Shown here one piece after another: positions 1 through 8,345 of a DNA stretch of 26,930 nucleotides. The stretch is from the NCBI GenBank assembly GCA_044376275.1, contig JBILLC010000001.1:1-26930 (forward strand), read 5' to 3'. The stretch is from Chthoniobacteraceae bacterium. GTDB taxonomy: Bacteria; Verrucomicrobiota; Verrucomicrobiia; Chthoniobacterales; Chthoniobacteraceae. Numbering within the stretch: the first letter of the stretch is position 1; each line of letters opens with the position of its first letter. The notes under the pieces are model-generated. The model made no database searches and was not told where the DNA came from. It worked only from the letters and a program-made list of their open reading frames with translations. The translations under genes were made by a program, and so were the position numbers.

Positions 1-1
1 G

Positions 2-283
2 GGCGAACCCAAGGTTGGAGATGCCGTGGTGGCTGATCTCGCGCCAAGAACTCAGCCGCCCGCTGATTCGCGAAATTCCGGGCCCACGCCTCCCCCGGCT
101 TCATCCCGGGACGAACCTCCGAAATTGGGTTCCTCAAAATCCCGCTCATCTCAGTCCGCAAAAGAATCCGCCGCACGCGACCCTTTCCAAGCACCGGGTT
201 CGGCGGACCCGCGCCTCGGACCAGAGGACCCGCAGTTGGGCGAAGGGATTATCCCGGGTCTGCCTCCGCGAAGTTTTCGTTGA
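2..283 (+). CDS. 3' end of a gene entering from the left edge; low-complexity Pro/Ser-rich C-terminus (partial)
   Basis: The frame is open from position 2 (GEPKVGDAVVADLAPRTQPPADSRNSGPTPPPASSRDEPPK...GIIPGLPPRSFR) to TGA at 281-283. No recognisable domain, so this could also be a spurious frame. Confidence 0.45.
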   Translation, partial: GEPKVGDAVVADLAPRTQPPADSRNSGPTPPPASSRDEPPKLGSSKSRSSQSAKESAARDPFQAPGSADPRLGPEDPQLGEGIIPGLPPRSFR

Positions 284-1079
284 TCCGCTCCCGGGGTTGG
301 GTTTGATCAAAGGGTTGTGCCGGCTGGCCGTCGAGTTTGCCAGCTTTGAGGTGCGGATGCATTTCGACGCTGTCATGGTGATGCCCTTCGGAAAAGCGCC
401 ACGCAACCGCGTACCGAAACAGTTCAAAGGCGCTTCTGAGTGCGAGCTTTTGTTTCAAATGAGCCCGGTGGGTTTCGACAGTTTTGGTGGAGATACCAAG
501 CAGCGTCGCGATCTGCTGTGTGGAACTTCCCTTCCCGATCCAGCTAAGCACCTCTAGTTCGCGATCCGAAAGTTGGTCGGTGGCTTGTGCACAGGCGGAC
601 GCCGTGTGCCCGACGGCCCGCTGCACAAGGCGCTGCGAGATCCCAGCACTCACAGCCACGCCGCCATCGCGGATAGTCTGGAGCGCCTGCAGCACGGCTT
701 TTGGTTCCGCCCCCTTCATCAGGTAGCCCTTCGCGCCGGCGGCAATCGAGCGCAATGCATACAATGCCTCGTCGTGGACGCTGAACACCAAAATCCGGAG
801 CGCTGGACTCTCGGCAACCATGCATTTGATCAATTCAATCCCATCCAGCCCGCCCGGTAGCGTGATATCTAAAACTGCAATGTTCGGATGATCCCCGCGC
901 AAGCGCGTCAGCGCCGTGCGTGCGTTTGCGCACTCCGCGGAAACCGTAAATTGTTGCGATTTTTCCAGTAGATTGCGAAGGCCGATGCGCATCATCGGAT
1001 GATCCTCCACAATAATCACGCTGCTTGGCGCCTGTCTGGACTTAAACTCACTCTTCCCTGTTCGAAAAACTCGCCCCAT
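249..1079 (-). CDS. Two-component response regulator, NarL/FixJ family (REC + LuxR HTH)
   Basis: REC motifs IIVEDH, AVLD (phospho-Asp), VFSVH and YLMK are present, followed by the LuxR HTH LSDRELEVLSWIGKGSSTQQIATLLGISTKTVETHRAHLKQKL. The exact start is uncertain. Confidence 0.93.
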   Translation of the reverse strand: MGRVFRTGKSEFKSRQAPSSVIIVEDHPMMRIGLRNLLEKSQQFTVSAECANARTALTRLRGDHPNIAVLDITLPGGLDGIELIKCMVAESPALRILVFSVHDEALYALRSIAAGAKGYLMKGAEPKAVLQALQTIRDGGVAVSAGISQRLVQRAVGHTASACAQATDQLSDRELEVLSWIGKGSSTQQIATLLGISTKTVETHRAHLKQKLALRSAFELFRYAVAWRFSEGHHHDSVEMHPHLKAGKLDGQPAQPFDQTQPRERINENFAEADPG

Positions 1080-1223
1080 GTGAGAAATGTCTACCCTCTA
1101 AATCGCAGGAAAGCGCTCCGTGGTCTTGAACGCGGGAAAGGTCACTCACTCGCGATGCACGCCTGTGCAAACCAAGTCCAGCTGCCACACTTCCCGCACC
1201 ACCCCCGAACGAGGTGATGAGCT

Positions 1224-1919
1224 TCAACCCTCGGTTTCCCGCGCGATGCGCACCTGAATCTGACGTGTCAGCAGCCACCGAACCGCGAACATATCGCACG
1301 TCGCCTTAAAAGCCCGGTTCCCGAATCCGTATTTGCTGACACCAGCGATGCGCGGCCGGTGGTTTACAGCCATCTCTGTGATGCGATAACCCATGCCTTT
1401 GACCAGTGCGGGGATGAATCGGTGCATGCCGAAAAATGGCAAAAGCGCCTCCCGACACTCGGCTCGCATCACCTTGAGGGTACATCCGGTGTCGCGCACG
1501 CCGTCCTTGGTGAACCGGGATCGTATCGCATTTGCGATGCGCGACGTGAGTTTTTTCGAAAGTGAATCCTGCCGGTTCGCGCGATAGCCGCACACCAAAT
1601 CGAATCCGCGTTCTAGCTCAACGAGCATTTTTGGAATATCCGCCGGGTCGTTCTGGCGATCCCCGTCCATCAACGCAATGACGGATCCCTTGGCGGCTTG
1701 GATGCCAGCGTACATCGCCGCGCTCTGACCCGAATTTTTAGCCAGTTCAATCACCCGGATTCCGGGAAGCCTCGGGATCCGCGCGAGCGTGCCGTCCGAG
1801 GACTTGTCGTCCACCAGCACGATTTCGAAAGACTCCCCCGCAAGAGCCACGCGAACTTCCTCACACAGGGGCGCGATGTTGTCTTCTTCGTTGTAAAGCG
1901 GAATGACGACGGAAACCAT
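1224..1919 (-). CDS. Glycosyltransferase family 2, polyprenol-phosphate glycosyltransferase (DPM1/ArnC-like), no C-terminal TM helices
   Basis: MVSVVIPLYNEEDNI, LVDDKSSDGT, NSGQSAA, the DxD motif MDGDRQNDPADIP, VCGYR, DTGCTLK, HRFIPAL and HRPRIAGVSKY. Start trimmed to the ATG at 1919. Confidence 0.92.
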   Translation of the reverse strand: MVSVVIPLYNEEDNIAPLCEEVRVALAGESFEIVLVDDKSSDGTLARIPRLPGIRVIELAKNSGQSAAMYAGIQAAKGSVIALMDGDRQNDPADIPKMLVELERGFDLVCGYRANRQDSLSKKLTSRIANAIRSRFTKDGVRDTGCTLKVMRAECREALLPFFGMHRFIPALVKGMGYRITEMAVNHRPRIAGVSKYGFGNRAFKATCDMFAVRWLLTRQIQVRIARETEG

Positions 1920-2164
1920 GCAGCCACGCACTATGACTGACTTGTTTTCACTAGGCCAGAAAGGATCTCGGCTTCGGGCGTGATATGAGGCCGCCGGGGA
2001 CACGTTTTCGGACGCGGATGCGCATGGGGCGCGGTTGGTTTGCTCTGGATGGGTTGGGGTAGATGCATCGAACCGAGAGTGAGCCGGCGCCAGAGCAGGT
2101 GTGCAACCGGCTGCGGCAAATGGCTGCTTGTGAGTCGCCGAAGAGTTGGAGCATACTCGGCCGC

Positions 2165-3211
2165 ATGGCCCTCCTGAAACCGCTCAAAACCATTGTCTTT
2201 TTCACGTTTGGATTGCTCTGCATGGCACCCTTGGAAATCTCCGCAGCGCAGTCCGAGGAATCCCCTGTGCAGATCAAGGTGGGCATCATCGGACTGGATA
2301 CGTCCCACGTTCTTGCATTCACGCAAACCCTCAACAAAGGCCCAAAGAAAGCCGAGGACGCGCCGAGGGTTTCCGGTGTGCGCGTGGTTGCTGCATATCC
2401 GCAAGGGAGCCGGGATATTGAGAGCAGTGTGAAGCGCGTGCCCGAGTACACGCAAAAAGTCCGCGAATTGGGCGTGGAGATCGTCGATTCAGTGGAAGAG
2501 CTCGTGCAAAAAGTGGATGCGGTATTGCTGGAATCCAATGACGGCCGCGTCCACTGGGAACAGCTTCAGCCGGTTCTCAAAGCGGGCAAGCCGGTGTTTG
2601 TCGACAAACCGATCGCCGCGTCACTGGTGGATTGCATCCGCATTCTGGAGGCGGCCAAAAGCGCGAACGTGCCTTTGTTTTGCTCTTCGTCGCTCCGTTT
2701 TGGAACAGCGACGCAGCAGGTGCGAGCCGGTTCAATTGGAAAAGTGCGCGAAGCTGAAACTTTCAGTCCGGTAAATCTCGAGGCGACTCATCCGGATTTA
2801 TTTTGGTACGGCGTTCACGGATGTGAGAGTCTTTTTACGGTGATGGGAACGGGCTGCGAACGGGTGAAACGGTACGAGGATGCCGACGGCCGGGTCGTCG
2901 TCGAGGGGCAATGGTCCGGTGGCGGCAGGGGAATTTTCAGGCAGGAAAACGGCAAGGATCGCAAGGGGTACGGCGGCATTGCACATGGGGAGAAGGGAGA
3001 CGCCGCGATCGGCGCCTACGATGGATACGACGTTTTGTTGTATGCGATCGTCGACATGTTTCGCTCGCGTAAAGCCCCCGTCAGCATGGAGGAAACCATC
3101 GAGTTATACGCGTTCATGGAGGCGGCTGACGAAAGCAAACGGCTCGGGGGCGCGGAGGTTTCCCTGCGGCAGATCATCGACAAGGCTCGCGCGGCAGTCG
3201 CCGCACGGTAG
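2165..3211 (+). CDS. Gfo/Idh/MocA family oxidoreductase with N-terminal signal peptide
   Basis: IKVGIIGLDTSH, VDAVLLES...H, GKPVFVDKP, PLFCSSSLRF and WYGVHG. The hydrophobic N-terminus MALLKPLKTIVFFTFGLLCMAPLEISAAQ suggests a start at 2165 rather than 2063. Confidence 0.88.
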   Translation: MALLKPLKTIVFFTFGLLCMAPLEISAAQSEESPVQIKVGIIGLDTSHVLAFTQTLNKGPKKAEDAPRVSGVRVVAAYPQGSRDIESSVKRVPEYTQKVRELGVEIVDSVEELVQKVDAVLLESNDGRVHWEQLQPVLKAGKPVFVDKPIAASLVDCIRILEAAKSANVPLFCSSSLRFGTATQQVRAGSIGKVREAETFSPVNLEATHPDLFWYGVHGCESLFTVMGTGCERVKRYEDADGRVVVEGQWSGGGRGIFRQENGKDRKGYGGIAHGEKGDAAIGAYDGYDVLLYAIVDMFRSRKAPVSMEETIELYAFMEAADESKRLGGAEVSLRQIIDKARAAVAAR

Positions 3212-3325
3212 CCAAGGCTCGATGCGTTGCGGCGGCGGGAGCGACCGCGGCACAGCAGCCAGCACGGGGACCAAAAACAGCCAGGCCTGAAGAAAAGTGA
3301 AAAGATAAAACACTCCGTTTCACCC

Positions 3326-6226
3326 ATGAAAATTCTCCGATCCACGGCGCTGTTGGCTTGCGGGATTTGCGCCGCAGCGTTGCCCCTCAACACGCTGGCG
3401 CAGCAGCGCGAGGCTTGGACGACATCGCGCGTGCATGGCTCGCCCGAGCCACCCTTGCCATATGTTGTGGAGCGGGCGTTTCCGGATCTGACTCTGGCAA
3501 GGCCCTTGGATCTGGCTCCGATCCCGGGCTCCGACCGGCTCATCGTTGTGGAAGAAGGCGGCCGGATCTCGTCGTTTTTACCGAAGCCAGATGTGAGCCA
3601 AGTCGAGCTGATGGCCGACATGCGTGCATTCGATCCAAAAATCAGCCGGACTTACGCAGTTGCGTTTCACCCGGGGTTTTTGAAGAACCGCCTGATCTTT
3701 GTGCGCGTAAGCCTCGACGGCCGCGGCGAGCGCAACTTGGAAAACGGTGCGCGCATCCTGCGATTCCGCATGACGGACGAGGCGGTGCCGAAGTTGGATC
3801 TGGCGTCTGGAGTGGTCGTGTTCCAGTGGCTCTCGGGCGGCCACGAGGGAGGCAACATGCGGTTCGGCCCGGACGGGATGCTTTATATCACGGCTGGGGA
3901 TGCTGATAATCCAGATCCACCGGACTCCTTTGTGACCGGTCAGGACATCGGTGACGTGCTTTCAAGCATCCTCCGCATCGATGTGGATCGGAGCGAAGCG
4001 GGGCATCCTTACGGAGTGCCCAAGGATAATCCGTTTGTGGGTGTGCCCAAGGCGAGGGGTGAGGTGTGGGCATACGGGTTGCGGAATCCATGGCGGTTGT
4101 CTTTTGATGAAAAGACGGGCGACTTATTCGTAGGCGAAGTTGGCTGGGAGCTGTGGGAGAGCATTGTGCGGGTTGAAAAGGGTGGAAACTACGGATGGAG
4201 TATCACTGAGGCTGGAAAACAGGAGGTGCGTCCGGATCGGGTTCTCGGGCCCACACCAATTCTCAAGCCGCTGGTCACACATCCACACGAAGAAGCCGCA
4301 AGCGTGACGGGTGGGGAGTTTTACCGCGGCAAACGGCTTCCAGAGCTTTCGGGGATGTACATTTATGGCGACTGGCAGATGGGGACGCTCTGGGGGCTGC
4401 GTCATCAGGGCGACACGGTGAAGGAGCACCAAGTGCTTTGCCGCACCTCGCTGATGCCAGCCGCATTTGGTTTTTCCAATGATGGCGAGCTCATCGTGCT
4501 CGACCACAGCGGAGGCGGAATGTGGCGGTTACAAAAAAATCCGCGCGCTGGTAAGCCTGACGAATTTCCCCGCAGGTTGAGTGAAACAGGCTTGTTTAAA
4601 CAAACCTCCCTGCAGCAGCCGGCCGCGGGCGTGGTGCAATACGAGATCAACGCGTCCAGATGGGCCGATCATGCGCACGCCCAACGATGGGTGGGTTTTC
4701 CCAATCTAGCCGGTGTGAAGATTGCTCAGTTTTCCAAGGGCGTGGTGTTTGGCGGCCAGTGGCAGCTGCCCGAAGGCGCGGTTTTTGCAAAGACCTATTC
4801 CCTCGAGATGGAAAGAGGGAATCCAGCCACGGCACGCAAAATCGAGACGCAGATTCTCCACTTTGATGGCAGTCTTTGCGGGACCTACACCTATCGCTGG
4901 AATGAGGAGCAAAACGATGCCACCCTCGTCGCCGCGCAGGGTGAAGAAGCGGAGTTCCGTGTCAAGGATTCCCACAGCCCAGAGGGTTTTACCCAACAAA
5001 AGTGGAGGTTTTTCAGCCGCTCGGAATGCGGGCGCTGTCACACGATGTGGACCGGGTTTACTCCCGGATTTAACAAGTTGCAATTGGACCGCCCCACGCA
5101 GACGGCGGGTGGGCGGCAGATCGATGTGCTGAGTCGCATCGGACTCGTCCCGGACGAACCCTCGCTGGCGGATCCGCACGGAACCCGTGGAAGCTTGGAA
5201 TTGCGGGCGCGGTCCTATCTGCACACCAACTGCAGTTCCTGTCACAGGTTCAACGGGGGCGGGGTTGTGCCTTCAATGATGAACATTGAACTCGCGCTCA
5301 AGGAAGCCAAGCTGATCGACGCGAAGCCTGTCCAGGGTGATCTCGGTCTGCCAGACGGCCGGATCATCGCCAAGGGTGATCCTGCTCGGAGCGTTCTGCT
5401 GTATCGGATGACCACCGCGGGACGCGGACACATGCCTTACGTAGGAGCCGAATTGGTGGACGATCGCGGGGTGCTTTTAATCCGCGATTGGATTGCGAGC
5501 ATGAAGCCCAACGAGCGCGATGTTCCCGAAAAAATCGGCTCGCAGCGCGGGCGCGAAATCGAGGCTCTCAAACGGGCTGCGGCTGGCGACGAATCTGCGA
5601 TCCGGTCCCTTCTTGAATCCAACAGCGGCGCGCTGAGCCTCGCTCTCGCGATCATCGATGGGTCCGTGAAGGGCGAAGCGCGCAGGCTTTCCATCAAGCA
5701 AGGGGCAGTGCATCCCGAGGCCTTGCGCCGGGATTTGTTCGAGCGTTTTCTACCTTCCGGTGAACGCAGGAAAGTGCTTGGGCCGCAGATCAACGCGGAG
5801 GCGTTGCTCGCGAGAAAGGGTGATCCCGCCCGCGGTTCGCAGGTGTTCGCCGGAGTGTGCGCCGCCTGTCACAAGCTCAATGGAAGCGGGATCGATTTCG
5901 GACCGGATCTGCATCAAGTCGGTTCGAAATGGAAGCGCCCGGATTTATTGGAACAAATTCTTTATCCAGCCAAAGTGGTGGATCCGCAATGGCAGATGGC
6001 CACAGTTGAACTCAAGAGCGGCGAGGTCAAAAGCGGCTTCATCTTGGAGCGCAACGACCGGGAGTTGCGATTAAAAATGGCGGGAGGAATGGATCTCAAA
6101 CTGCCTGCCAGCGACGTGAAGTCCGCCACGCAATCGCGGACATCCGTAATGCCGGAGGGCCTCCTTCAAAATTTGACCGCACAGGAAGCTGTTGACCTTT
6201 TGGATTACTTGTCGGGGTTGAAATAA
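3326..6226 (+). CDS. Exported glucose/sorbosone (PQQ-dependent sugar) dehydrogenase-like beta-propeller fused to c-type cytochrome domains (PVC-type heme-binding protein)
   Basis: Signal peptide MKILRSTALLACGICAAALPLNTLAQ. GSDH motifs GHEGGNMRFGPDGMLYITAGD, ILRIDVD, YGVPKDNPF and EVWAYGLRNPWRLSFD. Three CxxCH motifs (CGRCH, CSSCH, CAACH). C-terminal putative heme-binding domain GPDL...LEQILYP...SVMPEGL...DLLDYL. Confidence 0.9.
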   Translation: MKILRSTALLACGICAAALPLNTLAQQREAWTTSRVHGSPEPPLPYVVERAFPDLTLARPLDLAPIPGSDRLIVVEEGGRISSFLPKPDVSQVELMADMRAFDPKISRTYAVAFHPGFLKNRLIFVRVSLDGRGERNLENGARILRFRMTDEAVPKLDLASGVVVFQWLSGGHEGGNMRFGPDGMLYITAGDADNPDPPDSFVTGQDIGDVLSSILRIDVDRSEAGHPYGVPKDNPFVGVPKARGEVWAYGLRNPWRLSFDEKTGDLFVGEVGWELWESIVRVEKGGNYGWSITEAGKQEVRPDRVLGPTPILKPLVTHPHEEAASVTGGEFYRGKRLPELSGMYIYGDWQMGTLWGLRHQGDTVKEHQVLCRTSLMPAAFGFSNDGELIVLDHSGGGMWRLQKNPRAGKPDEFPRRLSETGLFKQTSLQQPAAGVVQYEINASRWADHAHAQRWVGFPNLAGVKIAQFSKGVVFGGQWQLPEGAVFAKTYSLEMERGNPATARKIETQILHFDGSLCGTYTYRWNEEQNDATLVAAQGEEAEFRVKDSHSPEGFTQQKWRFFSRSECGRCHTMWTGFTPGFNKLQLDRPTQTAGGRQIDVLSRIGLVPDEPSLADPHGTRGSLELRARSYLHTNCSSCHRFNGGGVVPSMMNIELALKEAKLIDAKPVQGDLGLPDGRIIAKGDPARSVLLYRMTTAGRGHMPYVGAELVDDRGVLLIRDWIASMKPNERDVPEKIGSQRGREIEALKRAAAGDESAIRSLLESNSGALSLALAIIDGSVKGEARRLSIKQGAVHPEALRRDLFERFLPSGERRKVLGPQINAEALLARKGDPARGSQVFAGVCAACHKLNGSGIDFGPDLHQVGSKWKRPDLLEQILYPAKVVDPQWQMATVELKSGEVKSGFILERNDRELRLKMAGGMDLKLPASDVKSATQSRTSVMPEGLLQNLTAQEAVDLLDYLSGLK

Positions 6227-6328
6227 ACCTCGTGCGCCAAGACGCTCTCGGCCGCTCTTCACGTGGAGCGCGCAACGCTTTGGATTTAAAATGAAACGGC
6301 ATTTACTCAAAAAATCACAAACCAATAG

Positions 6329-7600
6329 ATGACCATGAACAGGCGCACATTCATCCAGACTGGAATATCAACAGCGGTCGGTTCGCCATGGGCTTTTGCC
6401 CAAGCACAGGTGAAACGGCCCCGGATTCTGCTGCGTTCGTCCTGGCAGACGGTGAATATCGGCGATATTGCGCATACGCCCGGCGTGCTGGCTTTGCTTG
6501 AAAAACACATCCCTGAGGCCGAGGTGAGCCTGTGGCCAAGCAAAGTCACAGACGGCGTCGACGCGATGCTCGCCGCGCGCTTTCCCAAGCTGAGGATTGT
6601 TTCGAGCCCAGACGAGTTGAAAGCCGCCTTCAGGGAATGCGACTTTTTGCTGCACGGCTCGGGGCCGTCTCTTGTTGCCGAGAAAGATTTGGTAAAATGG
6701 GCTGAGTCGACAGGGAAGCCGTACGGTGTTTATGGAATCACGCTGCCGCAGCAGAGCTCGACAGCAACGCAGCCTGCGCCGGACAGTGTGTTTAACAAAA
6801 CTATTGGCGTGTTAAACCACGCAAGGTTTGTGTTTTTTCGCGATGGAGTGTCTTTGGATTTGGCAAAGCGGAAAGGCTGCGAGGCGCCGGTGATGGGGTT
6901 TGCTCCGGATGGTGCGTTTGCGACGGACTTGCGCGATGAAGCAAGGGCGGTGGCGTTTCTGAAAGAACACCAACTCGAGGAAGGCGGGTTTTTGTGCTGC
7001 ATCGCAAGACTGCGTTTTTCGGAGTACTGGAAGATGAAACCGGGCGTGGCAATCGATGAGGTCAAGCATGCGAGGAACGAGGCGATGAAGGAGCATGATC
7101 TCGCCCCGTTGCGAGCAGCGATTGTGGAAGTGGTGCGCAACACAAAAATGAAAGTGCTTCTGTGTCCCGAAGACTCGAGTCAAATGGAGGTTAACCGCGT
7201 GAATCTGTACGAAAAGCTCCCCGAGGATGTGAAGGCACGGGTGGTGTGGCGTTCGACTTATTGGCTGACGGGTGAGGCGCTGAGTGTGTACGTGCGCAGC
7301 GCGGGATTGTTTGGCGCGGAAATGCATTCGCCCATCATGTGCATCGGCAGCGGCATCCCCGCAGTGGTGTGCCGTTGGGCGGAACAGACGAGCAAAGGAT
7401 TCATGTGGCGCGATATTGGGTTGGAGGAATGGCTCTTTACCTTGGACAACGAGGAAGAGTTGACGCGTGTTGCGCCAGCCGTGTTGGCGATTGCAAAAGA
7501 TCCTCGTGCTGCAAAAGCAAAGGCAGCCCAGGGTCGCGACACGGTGCTCAAACACCAGCAATCAACGATGGCCGTTTTGCGTCGCGAATTGGGATTGTGA
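6329..7600 (+). CDS. Polysaccharide pyruvyl transferase family protein with twin-arginine (Tat) signal
   Basis: NRRTFI Tat motif. The family-like motifs [35 protein letters not shown] and [17 protein letters not shown] match the PS_pyruv_trans/WcaK pattern (N.GD, ..RD..S, ..PD.AF, ..MH..I.A...G.P). The start could be 6335. Confidence 0.75.
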   Translation: MTMNRRTFIQTGISTAVGSPWAFAQAQVKRPRILLRSSWQTVNIGDIAHTPGVLALLEKHIPEAEVSLWPSKVTDGVDAMLAARFPKLRIVSSPDELKAAFRECDFLLHGSGPSLVAEKDLVKWAESTGKPYGVYGITLPQQSSTATQPAPDSVFNKTIGVLNHARFVFFRDGVSLDLAKRKGCEAPVMGFAPDGAFATDLRDEARAVAFLKEHQLEEGGFLCCIARLRFSEYWKMKPGVAIDEVKHARNEAMKEHDLAPLRAAIVEVVRNTKMKVLLCPEDSSQMEVNRVNLYEKLPEDVKARVVWRSTYWLTGEALSVYVRSAGLFGAEMHSPIMCIGSGIPAVVCRWAEQTSKGFMWRDIGLEEWLFTLDNEEELTRVAPAVLAIAKDPRAAKAKAAQGRDTVLKHQQSTMAVLRRELGL

Positions 7601-7613
7601 TCCGAGAGGTGTG

Positions 7614-8324
7614 ATGAAACTAAACATTCGCAGATCCAATGAACGGGGGCACGCAGACCATGGATGGCTACAGAGCCGGCACTCGTTTAGCTTCGCAGAA
7701 TATTACGACCCGGCGCATATGGGATTCCGCAGTCTGCGTGTGATCAATGAGGATCACATTGCGCCCGGGGCAGGCTTCCCAACGCACCCACACCGCGACA
7801 TGGAGATTTTCAGTTACATCGTGTCCGGGGTGCTTGAACACCGTGACAGCATGGGGAACCGCCGTCAGCTTGCGCCCGGGCAGATCCAGTTGATGCGGGC
7901 GGGCACCGGTGTGACGCACTCAGAGTTCAACCCATCGCCATCAACGGTGGTGCACCTTTTGCAGATCTGGATCCAGCCAAGAAAGACGGGGTTGCCTCCC
8001 GCTTACACGGAGTGGGTGCCACCCATGCCGCCCAAGCAACGTGAACAGAGTGGAAAAGTACTTGTGATATCACCGGAGGGCAGCAAGGGGTCGGCGGTCA
8101 TTGAGCAGGATGTGCGGGTGTATCTGGTGCGTCTCGGGGATGGGGAGAGCTTCATGCACGACCTGGCGGAGGGTCACGGGATGTGGATCCAGCTTGTAAA
8201 GGGTGCGATTCAAACGTCGGCGGGACAATTGGAGGCTGGCGACGCGGCTTCTACGGAAGAGTCCGGGCGATTCGAGGCGTCCGGATGCGGCGAAGTGGAC
8301 GCGCTGTTGTTCGACTTCGCGTGA
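7614..8324 (+). CDS. Pirin family protein (YhhW-like, quercetin dioxygenase-like bicupin)
   Basis: RGHADHGWLQSRHSFSFAEYYDPAHMGFRSLRVINED, GFPTHPHRDMEI, MRAGTGVTHSEFN and LLQIWI, with the metal ligands H,H,H,E present. Confidence 0.95.
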   Translation: MKLNIRRSNERGHADHGWLQSRHSFSFAEYYDPAHMGFRSLRVINEDHIAPGAGFPTHPHRDMEIFSYIVSGVLEHRDSMGNRRQLAPGQIQLMRAGTGVTHSEFNPSPSTVVHLLQIWIQPRKTGLPPAYTEWVPPMPPKQREQSGKVLVISPEGSKGSAVIEQDVRVYLVRLGDGESFMHDLAEGHGMWIQLVKGAIQTSAGQLEAGDAASTEESGRFEASGCGEVDALLFDFA

Positions 8325-8345
8325 GATGCGTTGGCGTTTTGTTTG

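Noticed and set aside
15-557. 180-aa + strand ORF, and the many other alternative-frame ORFs in the track (e.g. 1951-2538, 6812-7561, 11118-12059, 22999-23736, 25691-26359)
   Set aside because: They overlap better-supported genes or the tRNA on the other strand or frame and show no domain motifs. Long shadow ORFs are expected at high GC.
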